This document shows, piece after piece, positions 49,981 to 58,889 of a DNA stretch of 64,000 nt; position 1 is the first letter of the stretch; the number at the start of each line of letters is the position of its first letter. The stretch spans positions 4,116 to 68,115 of the forward strand of contig JACZXH010000001.1 in the NCBI GenBank assembly GCA_022571715.1. Reading direction: 5' to 3'. A model generated the notes under the pieces. The model was not told where the DNA came from. It ran no database searches and saw nothing but the letters and a program-made list of their open reading frames with translations. The translations under genes and the position numbers were made by a program. Source of the stretch: Bacteroidota bacterium (GTDB taxonomy: Bacteria > Bacteroidota > Bacteroidia > Cytophagales > Cyclobacteriaceae).

Positions 49981-50863
49981 AATAGGTGTTGTAGCGGTAT
50001 TTATCTTATTTCCGACGTTGAAGTTGTTCGGACAGATTTTTACGCCATCCGGCGCTTTTAATAAAGACAGCATCCGGATTGGTGAGGAAGTTGTGTATTC
50101 GCTTTCACTAAGCTATCCAACGCAAATCGATGTCGTTTTTCCTGACACCCTATATGATTTTTTCCCGTTTGAATTGAATGCCAAAATTGCTTTTGCCACA
50201 ATTTCTGATTCACTTTTTAGTTTCGACAGTGCGGTTTATTATCTTACGACGTTCGAGATAGATAAAATTCAAAGACTTGAGCTACCGGTATTCCTGGTCA
50301 CCAAAGGCGACAGTGTAATCATAAAGCCGGGGCCGGATTCGATCAGGCTCATTCAGGTGGTTAAAACAATCCCCGATTCTATCTTTATGCTCGAAAACAC
50401 GGCTTTTTCAAATGTGAGATTATCCTTTAATTATCCATACCTGGTAGTTGGGGTCACTGCATTTATCCTGATTTCATTTATTATCTTTTTTGTTTTTGGC
50501 AAAAGAATCCGCAAACGCATCGCACTATACCGCCTCCACAAGTTTCACCGGAAGTTTATGGAATCGTTTGTAAAAGCCATTCAAAATCTGAATCCCAGAC
50601 AGGATTATCCTAAATTGGAAAAGCTACTACTACTATGGAAAAAATATATGGAACAACTGAATAAAATGCCTTATTCCAAACTCACCTCAAGGGAAATAAA
50701 GCTCCTGTATCCGGATAAAAGCCTCACGAAAGCATTGCAGCACATTGACGGGGCAATTTATGGCGGTATCATAGATAGTGAGATTGCACATAGTTTTGAT
50801 TACCTTCGGCGTGTTTCCGAAGATAGTTTTCATACCAAAAAAGAAGAAATAAAAAATGGTTGA
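49973..50863 (+). CDS. Hypothetical membrane protein of Bat-type cluster
   Basis: GTG start overlapping the DUF58 stop by 8 nt. Signal peptide, a central TM (YLVVGVTAFILISFIIFFVF), and a basic juxtamembrane stretch. It occupies the slot between DUF58 and BatA. Confidence 0.55.
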   Translation: MLKIGVVAVFILFPTLKLFGQIFTPSGAFNKDSIRIGEEVVYSLSLSYPTQIDVVFPDTLYDFFPFELNAKIAFATISDSLFSFDSAVYYLTTFEIDKIQRLELPVFLVTKGDSVIIKPGPDSIRLIQVVKTIPDSIFMLENTAFSNVRLSFNYPYLVVGVTAFILISFIIFFVFGKRIRKRIALYRLHKFHRKFMESFVKAIQNLNPRQDYPKLEKLLLLWKKYMEQLNKMPYSKLTSREIKLLYPDKSLTKALQHIDGAIYGGIIDSEIAHSFDYLRRVSEDSFHTKKEEIKNG

Positions 50864-51908
50864 TGAGGCGCTGAAGGATATACCATGGGTATCACTTAAC
50901 TGGTTCCGGGCTTCCACCCTGAGTGGTTATGACTGGGCCCATCCGGGATTTTTATATCTTATTATCATTATTCCACTTATTTTTCTTTTTAATGCCATTA
51001 TTCTGACTAAATACAGCCAAAAGCTTGACATTGCACTTCCCGGAGAGAAAATTAAATGGCATCCATCCGTATTGCTCCGTTTTATGCCACCGGCGTTGTT
51101 TGCTATCTTGCTTTTATTGGTAATTATTGCACTCGCCCGTCCGCAAAAGACCAATGAAATGGTGGAACAATGGACTGAAGGTATAGATATCATGCTGGTT
51201 ATTGACATTTCTGAATCGATGCAAATTGAGGATTTTAAACCCAACCGGCTTGAGGCAGCTAAAAATGTAGCCCTTAATTTTGTGGATGGCCGGTCTCAGG
51301 ACCGCATTGGCATGGTAATATTTTCGGGCGACGCCTATTCACTTTCGCCACTGACTACAGATTACGATCTGCTTAAAGCCTACATTAAGGATATTTCTTT
51401 TGATATGATTGAAAACAGGGGTACTGCTATTGGCAGCGCTCTTGCCGTAGCCACAAACCGGATGCGTGAATCCAATTCAGAATCAAAGGTATTGATACTT
51501 CTCAGCGACGGAGATAATACTGCTGGTAACATCGATCCGATAACAGCGGCAAAACTTGCTGCAGCCTATAACATCAAGATGTACACAATTGGTGTTGGAC
51601 GTGAGGGCAGGGTGCCCTTCGGAAAAGATTTTTTCGGCAGACCCAGGTATGTGGAAAATACGCTTGACGAATCCACCCTCCGGGAGATTGCTAAAATCGG
51701 AGAAGGGCAATTCTACCGGGTTTCAGACAACCAAGCTCTTGAACAGGTGTTTGCCATGATCGATCAGTATGAAAAGGCTGAAATAAAAGAAACAAGATTT
51801 CAGGATACCATCGACTTCTACCAGATCTACCTAAGATGGGCAATTGTATGTTTTCTGATTTGGTTTGGACTTAAGTTAACCTTCATTTCTAATGTACTTC
51901 AAGATTAA
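50856..51908 (+). CDS. batA: VWA-domain membrane protein BatA
   Basis: Two N-terminal TMs, a VWA MIDAS motif (VIDISESM with downstream GTAIGSA and LLSDGDNT), and a C-terminal TM. Confidence 0.75.
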   Translation: MVDEALKDIPWVSLNWFRASTLSGYDWAHPGFLYLIIIIPLIFLFNAIILTKYSQKLDIALPGEKIKWHPSVLLRFMPPALFAILLLLVIIALARPQKTNEMVEQWTEGIDIMLVIDISESMQIEDFKPNRLEAAKNVALNFVDGRSQDRIGMVIFSGDAYSLSPLTTDYDLLKAYIKDISFDMIENRGTAIGSALAVATNRMRESNSESKVLILLSDGDNTAGNIDPITAAKLAAAYNIKMYTIGVGREGRVPFGKDFFGRPRYVENTLDESTLREIAKIGEGQFYRVSDNQALEQVFAMIDQYEKAEIKETRFQDTIDFYQIYLRWAIVCFLIWFGLKLTFISNVLQD

Positions 51909-53460
51909 TAGTTTGTCGTGAAACTTTATCAAGAAAAGATCGCCAGTCCAGTAATTGTAACGATTTGATAACCCTTGGGAATTTATTCTGACCGCCTTCT
52001 TTTCCTTGCAATTTCATCCATTGATAAAAATACCTGGTAGGAATAACATCGAGAAATATTTCTTTCAGGGCAGCTGACCGTTCCACTTTATAATCATCAT
52101 TAATCTGCATTAATACGTTGTCAATATGTTGTTTTAATTCTTCCGAATCCACTTGGTCATCCGTACCGATATACCAATGGTGTGCAAACAGGTTATCGTG
52201 TGGAATTCCCGCAACAGTAAACTCCCTGACATTCAGATTCAACTCTTCTGAAACCACCGAAATGGCCTTATTCATGTTATCAATTGAAAGATGTTCGCCA
52301 CAAAGGCTCAGATAATGCATGGTACGGCCTGTAATGATGATCTCTGATTCTTTTTTTGATACAAATTTGATTACATCACCAATCAGGTACCTCCAGGCAC
52401 CGGCGCACGTGGACATAACCAGGGCATACTCAACATTTTCAGAAATCTGATCTATCATCAGGGATTCATGATTTTCTCTTAGTTCACCCCGGAAATCAAA
52501 ATTTTTTTCATTAAATGGAATAAACTCATAAAATGTCCCATTGTTGAGTACCATCCGCATTGAATTTCGGTGTGGCTCCGCCTGGAAAGCCACAAATCCT
52601 TCGGATGCCAGGTAAGTTTCAATGTAGTAAATGGGTTTGCCAAGTAGCTTTTCAAACCCCTTTTTATAAGGCTCAAATGAAACGCCTCCGTGCACATAGA
52701 TCGACAGATTTGGCCATATCTCATGAATATTCCGGATGTGATAATGACTGATAATCCGTTCAAGCAATATCTGAATCCATGCCGGAACACCTACAATCAC
52801 TCCGATATCCCAGGATGAGGCTCTTGCCGTTATTTCCTTAAGTTTTTCTTCCCAGTTCCTTGTTTTTGCAATCTTTCTTCCGGGTTTATAAAAATGCTGA
52901 AACCAGAAAGGGAGCTGGGAAGCCGTAATACCACTCAGATCGCCAGAAAAATACCTTCCGTTATAATTCAAATGGGTAGATCCTCCGAGCATAAGAATAC
53001 CTGTTTCAAACATGTTATCAGGTAACTTATACTTCGAAAGCGTCAGAATCTGAAGCATACTGGTCTTCCTGATGGCTTTGCTCATTTCTTTGGTCACAGG
53101 AATATATTTTGATCCAGCTTCAGAGGTACCCGAACTGAGAGCAAAATAATTTACCTTGCCTGGCCAGCACACGTGGTGGTCGCCTTTCAGGTTTCTGTAC
53201 CACCAGCGGGAGTACATGGAATTATAATCTGAAACAGGAATAAGATTCTTAAAAATGTTATAAAAATGATGCCTGTAATTGCTTTTAAAGACTTCCAATA
53301 TTTCCGGAAATTGATAATATCGGCCGAAATCAGTAGATGTTGCAGTTAATAGTAATGTTTTAAGTTCGATCTTCTGCAGATCAAAAGGTGAAGCGTATTC
53401 CTGGCTAAGGATTTCCCTGATTTTAATTCCCTTTCTTAAGAGTGTACCTAGTAATGCCAT
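51889..53460 (-). CDS. GH3 (auxin-responsive promoter) family acyl-adenylate-forming enzyme
   Basis: A protein of about 520 aa with FALSSGTSEAGSKYIPVT and ..YLASEGF.. motifs characteristic of bacterial GH3-family proteins. Confidence 0.7.
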   Translation of the reverse strand: MALLGTLLRKGIKIREILSQEYASPFDLQKIELKTLLLTATSTDFGRYYQFPEILEVFKSNYRHHFYNIFKNLIPVSDYNSMYSRWWYRNLKGDHHVCWPGKVNYFALSSGTSEAGSKYIPVTKEMSKAIRKTSMLQILTLSKYKLPDNMFETGILMLGGSTHLNYNGRYFSGDLSGITASQLPFWFQHFYKPGRKIAKTRNWEEKLKEITARASSWDIGVIVGVPAWIQILLERIISHYHIRNIHEIWPNLSIYVHGGVSFEPYKKGFEKLLGKPIYYIETYLASEGFVAFQAEPHRNSMRMVLNNGTFYEFIPFNEKNFDFRGELRENHESLMIDQISENVEYALVMSTCAGAWRYLIGDVIKFVSKKESEIIITGRTMHYLSLCGEHLSIDNMNKAISVVSEELNLNVREFTVAGIPHDNLFAHHWYIGTDDQVDSEELKQHIDNVLMQINDDYKVERSAALKEIFLDVIPTRYFYQWMKLQGKEGGQNKFPRVIKSLQLLDWRSFLDKVSRQTINLEVH

Positions 53461-53544
53461 TTAATATGATTCTTCTTTCATAAAATATATGCTATGTTAT
53501 TTTTGCACCATTCAACTGAATTTTGTGTTTGGACAATCCATTAA

Positions 53545-54213
53545 ATGAAAATAAAAGATAATATTCAAGCCGTCAAAGATATACTAAACAAAAAGCATTG
53601 CACTTTAGTTGCGGTAAGCAAAACAAAACCTTCTGAAACCATACAGGAGGCTTATGATGCCGGACAATTGGATTTTGGCGAAAATAAGGCACAGGAACTT
53701 CAAAAAAAAGCGGCTGAATTGCCCAACGATATCCAGTGGCATATGATCGGTCACCTTCAAAGAAATAAAGTAAAATATATTGCGCCATTTGTTTACTTGG
53801 TACATTCGGTTGACAGCATGAAACTTTTGCGTGAAATAAACAAACAAGGTCAAAAATTCGGCCGTGTTATCCCTTGTCTTCTACAGGTCCACATTGCCAG
53901 TGAGGAAACAAAATTCGGCCTTGCAGCGAATGAAGTAATTGAACTGATACAAACTGATGATATTGGTAAAATGCGGCACATTCAGATCAGAGGATTGATG
54001 GGAATGGCCACCAATACACAAGATAAAAAAAAGATTAAAACTGAATTTGCTGTTCTGAAACAATTATTTGAAAAGATTAAAACAATGGAATTTCCTGAAA
54101 ATGTGGCCATGCAGGAGTTATCAATGGGCATGACAAGCGATTATGAAATCGCACTGGAGGAAGGTAGCACAATGGTACGTGTGGGAAGCGCTATATTCGG
54201 GGCAAAAACCTAA
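53545..54213 (+). CDS. yggS: YggS family pyridoxal-phosphate homeostasis protein
   Basis: PLP-lysine context LVAVSKTKP, HMIGHLQRNK, GLMGMAT, and LSMGMTSDYE..A...GST.VRVGSAIFG. Confidence 0.9.
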   Translation: MKIKDNIQAVKDILNKKHCTLVAVSKTKPSETIQEAYDAGQLDFGENKAQELQKKAAELPNDIQWHMIGHLQRNKVKYIAPFVYLVHSVDSMKLLREINKQGQKFGRVIPCLLQVHIASEETKFGLAANEVIELIQTDDIGKMRHIQIRGLMGMATNTQDKKKIKTEFAVLKQLFEKIKTMEFPENVAMQELSMGMTSDYEIALEEGSTMVRVGSAIFGAKT

Positions 54214-54238
54214 AATAAATACTAAACATACATATTAC

Positions 54239-54616
54239 ATGCAAAAAACAATTTTACTCATCGCTTCTGCGTTGGGAGCAGTGGCGGTAATGTTAGGCGC
54301 ATTTGGCGCGCATTCATTCAAATCCATTCTGGAAGCAAACGGCACGCTTGAAACATTTAATACTGCAGTCAAATACCATTTTTTCCATACACTTGCAATG
54401 ATTCTGGTAGCCCTGTTAATGGATAAGTATGCTTCAAAACTGCTTGAATATTCAGCGATATCAATGCTGGCAGGCATCGTATTATTTTCCGGTTCCTTAT
54501 ATATATTAGCCTTAAGCGGGGTGACCAAATGGGGCGTCGTAGCGCCATTCGGAGGACTGGCATTCATTATCGGATGGGTGTTGCTTTTCGCGGGTGTGTA
54601 TAAAGGTGGTAGCTGA
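54239..54616 (+). CDS. DUF423 (YgdD-like) membrane protein
   Basis: The internal ATG at 54239 gives MQKTILLIASALGAVAVMLGAFGAHSF.., the conserved DUF423 N-terminus, with four TM helices. The upstream 32 codons of the ORF track overlap yggS and are rejected. Confidence 0.8.
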   Translation: MQKTILLIASALGAVAVMLGAFGAHSFKSILEANGTLETFNTAVKYHFFHTLAMILVALLMDKYASKLLEYSAISMLAGIVLFSGSLYILALSGVTKWGVVAPFGGLAFIIGWVLLFAGVYKGGS

Positions 54617-54701
54617 TTACCGGGAGTTAACCAGTTGGGCAGTTGGCAAGTTAGCGGTTTGCGGGATTGCCAGAAAGTTTTAATACGGTTATCTATATAA
54701 A

Positions 54702-55175
54702 TTAGTTTTCGTTATTACCTTTCTGTTTCTTGATTTTTTCGAGTTGTTCAGCGTCAGCTAAATCTTGCAATCTTCCTACTTTTTTCTTTGCTGTTATCAA
54801 ATCTTTGAGCGATAAAAAATTTACTTCAACTCCGTCCAATTCCGCTTTGGTTCTTCTTTCAAAACACTCCCTGAAGTCAACTCCTTGCACATCAACCAGT
54901 AAATCTATTCGGTAAGGATCGTAACCAAGCTGTATAATATTTTCAGGGGTCATAAAATCTTCCATCTTTAAATTAAGAGCTCCAAATCCAAATCCTTCAA
55001 TGGCTTTAATCAACTTTTCGATATTAGATTTTGTCATCCAAATCCAAAAATCAATATCTTTGGTGTATCTTGGATATCCATGAAAATTAACAGCGTATCC
55101 CCCGATTATCAGGTATCTGACCTTAAACTTGTTTAGCAATTCGATAAACTCTCTGAAATCCTTGTCGAGTTCCAT
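54702..55175 (-). CDS. Pol-beta-fold nucleotidyltransferase-like protein (DUF2204/DUF6036-like)
   Basis: N-terminal FIELLNKFKVRYLIIGGYAVNFHGYPRYTKDIDFWI shows the GG..(n)..D.D nucleotidyltransferase signature. Length of 157 aa. Confidence 0.6.
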   Translation of the reverse strand: MELDKDFREFIELLNKFKVRYLIIGGYAVNFHGYPRYTKDIDFWIWMTKSNIEKLIKAIEGFGFGALNLKMEDFMTPENIIQLGYDPYRIDLLVDVQGVDFRECFERRTKAELDGVEVNFLSLKDLITAKKKVGRLQDLADAEQLEKIKKQKGNNEN

Positions 55176-55305
55176 ATTTTATTTTATTGAATTGCTGGCG
55201 CATTCTCTCCAATTCTGTCATCCGTTCTTTTGCTGTTAAGGACATCCAATACTGCAGATTTGCTTCATCCTGCCCTTTTTTTACAATTCTTAATTGCTTA
55301 TTCAA
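55123..55305 (-). CDS. Small protein (60 aa) overlapping the nucleotidyltransferase gene, candidate partner
   Basis: The ORF MNKQLRIVKKGQDEANLQYWMSLTAKERMTELERMRQQFNKIKYGTRQGFQRVYRIAKQV lies on the same strand. Its 3' end overlaps the downstream gene by 53 nt in another frame. Confidence 0.4.
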   Translation of the reverse strand: MNKQLRIVKKGQDEANLQYWMSLTAKERMTELERMRQQFNKIKYGTRQGFQRVYRIAKQV

Positions 55306-55340
55306 TCGTTATATAGTTTTTGTTACCGCACTTACGATCA

Positions 55341-55754
55341 CTATGAATCCTTCTTTTTCGGAAGTACATTGGTTACAATCTTCACCTGAGGAAGCGGGTT
55401 GGTCGCATTGGAAACGATCGAGATCACCTTGTTTTGCCTCCCTATTTTCCCTGCACTGTCGAACTTCACTTTAATGCTGCTTTGTTCACCCGGAAGTATT
55501 GGGTCGCGGGTCCAGTTTGTAGCGGTGCATCCGCACGTAACCTTCACATTGGTAATGATCAGAGGTTCAGTACCTGTATTTTCAAATTCAAAAACATGTT
55601 CAACCACATCCCCCTGGTAGATATCCCCAAAATCGTACGTTTCTTCTTCAAACGTAAATGAAGGCCCTGTTACTTGTGCTTTGTCAGATTGCTCTTGTGC
55701 AAATATCAATCCGGCAGTCAATAAAATGAGTGTAACCAAAATTCCCTGTTTCAT
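55341..55754 (-). CDS. DUF1573 domain protein (exported)
   Basis: Signal peptide, then the core FDFGDIYQGDVVEHVFEFENTGTEPLIITNVKVTCGCT typical of DUF1573. Confidence 0.8.
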   Translation of the reverse strand: MKQGILVTLILLTAGLIFAQEQSDKAQVTGPSFTFEEETYDFGDIYQGDVVEHVFEFENTGTEPLIITNVKVTCGCTATNWTRDPILPGEQSSIKVKFDSAGKIGRQNKVISIVSNATNPLPQVKIVTNVLPKKKDS

Positions 55755-55812
55755 TATCTTCTAAGTTTTATTCGATACAAAAATATCAAAAACCTGCGAA
55801 ATATAAACGGAA

Positions 55813-57204
55813 TTAGGTTTCAAATTGGTTGATATTGAAATTAACCAGAAATAACTCCCGTGTAGCCCTTGTAAAAGCCGTATAAAGCCATTTCAATCTA
55901 TCAGTATCCATTTTATCGTTTGCAATGTAACCTTGGTCAATAAAGACCGCATCCCACTGCCCCCCCAGTGACTTATGGCAAGTTACGGCATAGGCGAATT
56001 TAACCTGCACAGCATTTAAATACTTGTCAGAAGCCAGTTCTTCACGCCTTTTGCGTTGTGGCTTTATATCCGCATAATCGACCGACACACGCTTGTAAAG
56101 CTCCTTGTTTTCTTCAGCGCTAAGCGAAGTAGTCGCAGAATATATGGTGTCCAGCAATACTTTTACCTTAAATGATTCCGAAGACTCCATTATCAGCTCC
56201 AGGTCGGCAAATCGAAAACCATATTGCTCCTCAAAGCCGTATATTTTTACTATTTCCATAAAATCTCCATTTGCCAGAAAACCCGAAGGAGAATTGGGCG
56301 GAGCATAGGAGTAATTATTACGGACAACCATCAGCACATCGCCAACATCAAGTTCGTCGTCAAAAAAGTGGATCTGTCTCCTTATAAACAAGTTGTAGTT
56401 TACAGCCGATTTATTCGATCTGCATATCACAATGGTATTGGCCGTTCCATATTTATTATAAGAATAGCGAAGCCCTTCCTCCATTTTCTCAGATGTCATG
56501 CGGAATATGTCATTAAACGAGCGAATTGAGAACTTTATTTCACTGGAATCTTGTTTCAGGCACCTTCTCAATTCAGTGGCGTTATGTAAAATTCCCGAAT
56601 CAAGTTCCTGCCGCATCACTTCATCAAGTTCAATTTCAAAGACCGTATCCCCTCTTTCCGTAAAAAATACTTTTGTCAGTGCAGTACTCCTGGTTTGGCC
56701 AACGGGTGGAAGCTGAGCAGAATCTCCAATCAGAATCAGTTTATTATCGGCATGGGTAAATACAAATTTCAGCAAATCCTGCAGTAAGCCAGAGTAACCG
56801 AAGTCAGCGCTGTCGGAGAGCATGGAAGCCTCATCCACGATAAAAATTGTTTTTTTATGATAGCTGCTCTGAAGTTTGAATTTTAGCTCGCCGGTAGCGG
56901 GGTCTGATTTCTGTTTGTAAATTATTTTATGAATAGTAAAAGCCATCCGCTGCGTATATGACGACATCACCTTGGCTGCTCTTCCGGTTGGCGCCATCAA
57001 AAGAAATTTGTAATTAAACAAAGGCAATGTATTTACCAGCGCAGATACAATTGATGTTTTACCAGTTCCGGCATATCCTTTGAGAAGGAAGACGGTATTC
57101 CCTTTATGGGCAAGAAAATTATCTACTTTATTAAAAAATGCGTGTTGCCCGCGTGTGGGTTCGTGTGGAAATTTATTAATAACAATTTCAGAAAATAACG
57201 GCAT
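55813..57204 (-). CDS. RecD/Pif1-like SF1 DNA helicase
   Basis: Walker A GYAGTGKTS, Walker B IFIVDEASM, LIGDSAQLPPV, and C-terminal AYAVTCHKSLGGQWDAV. The start is taken at the ATG at 57204 (MPLFSEIVINKFPHEPT..). The ORF-track start at 57243 would overlap the upstream gene by 26 nt. Confidence 0.8.
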   Translation of the reverse strand: MPLFSEIVINKFPHEPTRGQHAFFNKVDNFLAHKGNTVFLLKGYAGTGKTSIVSALVNTLPLFNYKFLLMAPTGRAAKVMSSYTQRMAFTIHKIIYKQKSDPATGELKFKLQSSYHKKTIFIVDEASMLSDSADFGYSGLLQDLLKFVFTHADNKLILIGDSAQLPPVGQTRSTALTKVFFTERGDTVFEIELDEVMRQELDSGILHNATELRRCLKQDSSEIKFSIRSFNDIFRMTSEKMEEGLRYSYNKYGTANTIVICRSNKSAVNYNLFIRRQIHFFDDELDVGDVLMVVRNNYSYAPPNSPSGFLANGDFMEIVKIYGFEEQYGFRFADLELIMESSESFKVKVLLDTIYSATTSLSAEENKELYKRVSVDYADIKPQRKRREELASDKYLNAVQVKFAYAVTCHKSLGGQWDAVFIDQGYIANDKMDTDRLKWLYTAFTRATRELFLVNFNINQFET

Positions 57205-57217
57205 AATCCGATATGAT

Positions 57218-57673
57218 TCAGATTGGTTCCGATCCAAAATCACTCGGAAACAAGGTAATCATTGTAGCAGAGGCTTTGGCTATAAGTTTCCGGTTTTCTC
57301 CAATTACATTCCATATCTCTGCTTCACAAAAATTTAATTTCCTGCCTGTTTTCAAAACTATCCCAATGGCATGCACTTTATCGCCTGTTCCGGAACGTAA
57401 ATAGGATATCTTGATTTCACCCGTTACAACATTGCAATCTTCTGGCACAAGTGTATAGGCCGCAAATCCGGCTACAATATCAGCCAGCGTAGATATAACA
57501 CCCCCGTGAAGCAAACCCTTCTGCTGCTTGTGATAATCCATGACAGAAAGCCACCCCTCGGCTCTTCCGGGTTCAATCACATCCAGATTAAAGCCGATAT
57601 ATTTCATAAAATGATTGCGTTCTGCGTATTTTAAAACCCTGGAATGATAATGTGGATTTTGAACTTTATACAT
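57218..57673 (-). CDS. PaaI-family hotdog-fold thioesterase
   Basis: ..FMKYIGFNLDVIEPGRAEGWLSV..QQKGLLHGGVISTLADIVAGFAAY.. is the typical PaaI/4HBT pattern. The start is taken at the ATG at 57673. Confidence 0.7.
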   Translation of the reverse strand: MYKVQNPHYHSRVLKYAERNHFMKYIGFNLDVIEPGRAEGWLSVMDYHKQQKGLLHGGVISTLADIVAGFAAYTLVPEDCNVVTGEIKISYLRSGTGDKVHAIGIVLKTGRKLNFCEAEIWNVIGENRKLIAKASATMITLFPSDFGSEPI

Positions 57674-57723
57674 AAATTTATTAATTGCGTAAATATACCT
57701 ACACAACAGCGTATTTCTATCTG

Positions 57724-58218
57724 ATGAGAAAAAATACGGACATTGTCGGCCAGGTCTATGGCAATCAACTTCGCGTACGCGTGATTGGTATCTGTGAGGT
57801 AAACGGTAAGATACTTATGGTAAAACACCGAGGACTGGGCAGTGACGGAATTTTCTATATGCCTCCCGGAGGAGGTATGCGATTTGGTGAATCTGCCATG
57901 GATTGTCTGAAAAGAGAATTTGCCGAAGAATCAGGAATTATGATATCTGTTGGACAATTTATTTGCGTTACGGAATATTTAGAAACACCCCTGCATGCAT
58001 TAGAATTATTTTTTACAGTTTCCAGGAAGGGAGGTGTTCTTAAGAAGGGAAAGGATCCTGAAATGGGTGATAAGGATCAGATCATTGAAAAAGTTGAGTT
58101 TATGAGTTATAAGCGTCTAAATAAAATTCCGTATAGCCAGCTTCATAGCCTACTTCACCATGTCAATTCCTTTTCGGATATTGTACATAAACAAGGTTAT
58201 TCCTATATTTCGGGATAA
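57724..58218 (+). CDS. NUDIX hydrolase
   Basis: Nudix box GGGMRFGESAMDCLKREFAEESG. The start is taken at the ATG at 57724, because the ORF-track start is a TTG 39 nt upstream. Confidence 0.8.
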   Translation: MRKNTDIVGQVYGNQLRVRVIGICEVNGKILMVKHRGLGSDGIFYMPPGGGMRFGESAMDCLKREFAEESGIMISVGQFICVTEYLETPLHALELFFTVSRKGGVLKKGKDPEMGDKDQIIEKVEFMSYKRLNKIPYSQLHSLLHHVNSFSDIVHKQGYSYISG

Positions 58219-58291
58219 GATTTAAAATAGAAATACATTTTGATTATTAAATTAAATATCAAATAATTATTATTGCACAAAATTGAACAAT

Positions 58292-58882
58292 ATGAATTGG
58301 ACAAAAATACTTACCATTGGTTTGTTGTTAGTAGCTGTTGGGCTGGCTTACTACCTTGGTTCCCGAATAAAATTTGCTATTGATGAAGAAAAAAGAATAG
58401 CCGGTCATGAACAGTTGGTAATTGCCAAGCTTTCGCTCATTCGCAAAGCTGAAATTGCATACCTGTCTGTAAATGGCCATTACACTAACAATTGGGATTC
58501 ACTGACAAGTTTTATGCAAAATGGTACGTTTCTCATTACCCAGCGGTCTGAAGAGATCATCACCCTTCCTTATGGAGCAGACAGTGTCATTGTGCATATC
58601 GACACACTAGGTACCATACCGGTTTATGATTCACTTTTCAGCGAATCAAAATATCCAGGGTTTGATTTTAGCAAGATAAATATTATACCTGATACAGGAA
58701 ATGCCTTATTTGATCTTTTTACGGATGAGATAATAAAAGGAGGCGTTAAAGTAAATGTGATTGAGGTTCGCGATACGGCTCCCGTCAATCCTAATCGGAA
58801 CGAAAAAAATGAAGCCAGAAATAAAAAACCACTGAGGTTTGGTTCCAGAACTGATGTAACGACTACAGGAAACTGGGAATAA
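58292..58882 (+). CDS. Hypothetical membrane-anchored protein
   Basis: The ATG at 58292 gives MNWTKILTIGLLLVAVGLAYYL (an N-terminal TM anchor). No recognisable domain. Confidence 0.5.
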   Translation: MNWTKILTIGLLLVAVGLAYYLGSRIKFAIDEEKRIAGHEQLVIAKLSLIRKAEIAYLSVNGHYTNNWDSLTSFMQNGTFLITQRSEEIITLPYGADSVIVHIDTLGTIPVYDSLFSESKYPGFDFSKINIIPDTGNALFDLFTDEIIKGGVKVNVIEVRDTAPVNPNRNEKNEARNKKPLRFGSRTDVTTTGNWE

Positions 58883-58889
58883 TAGAGAC

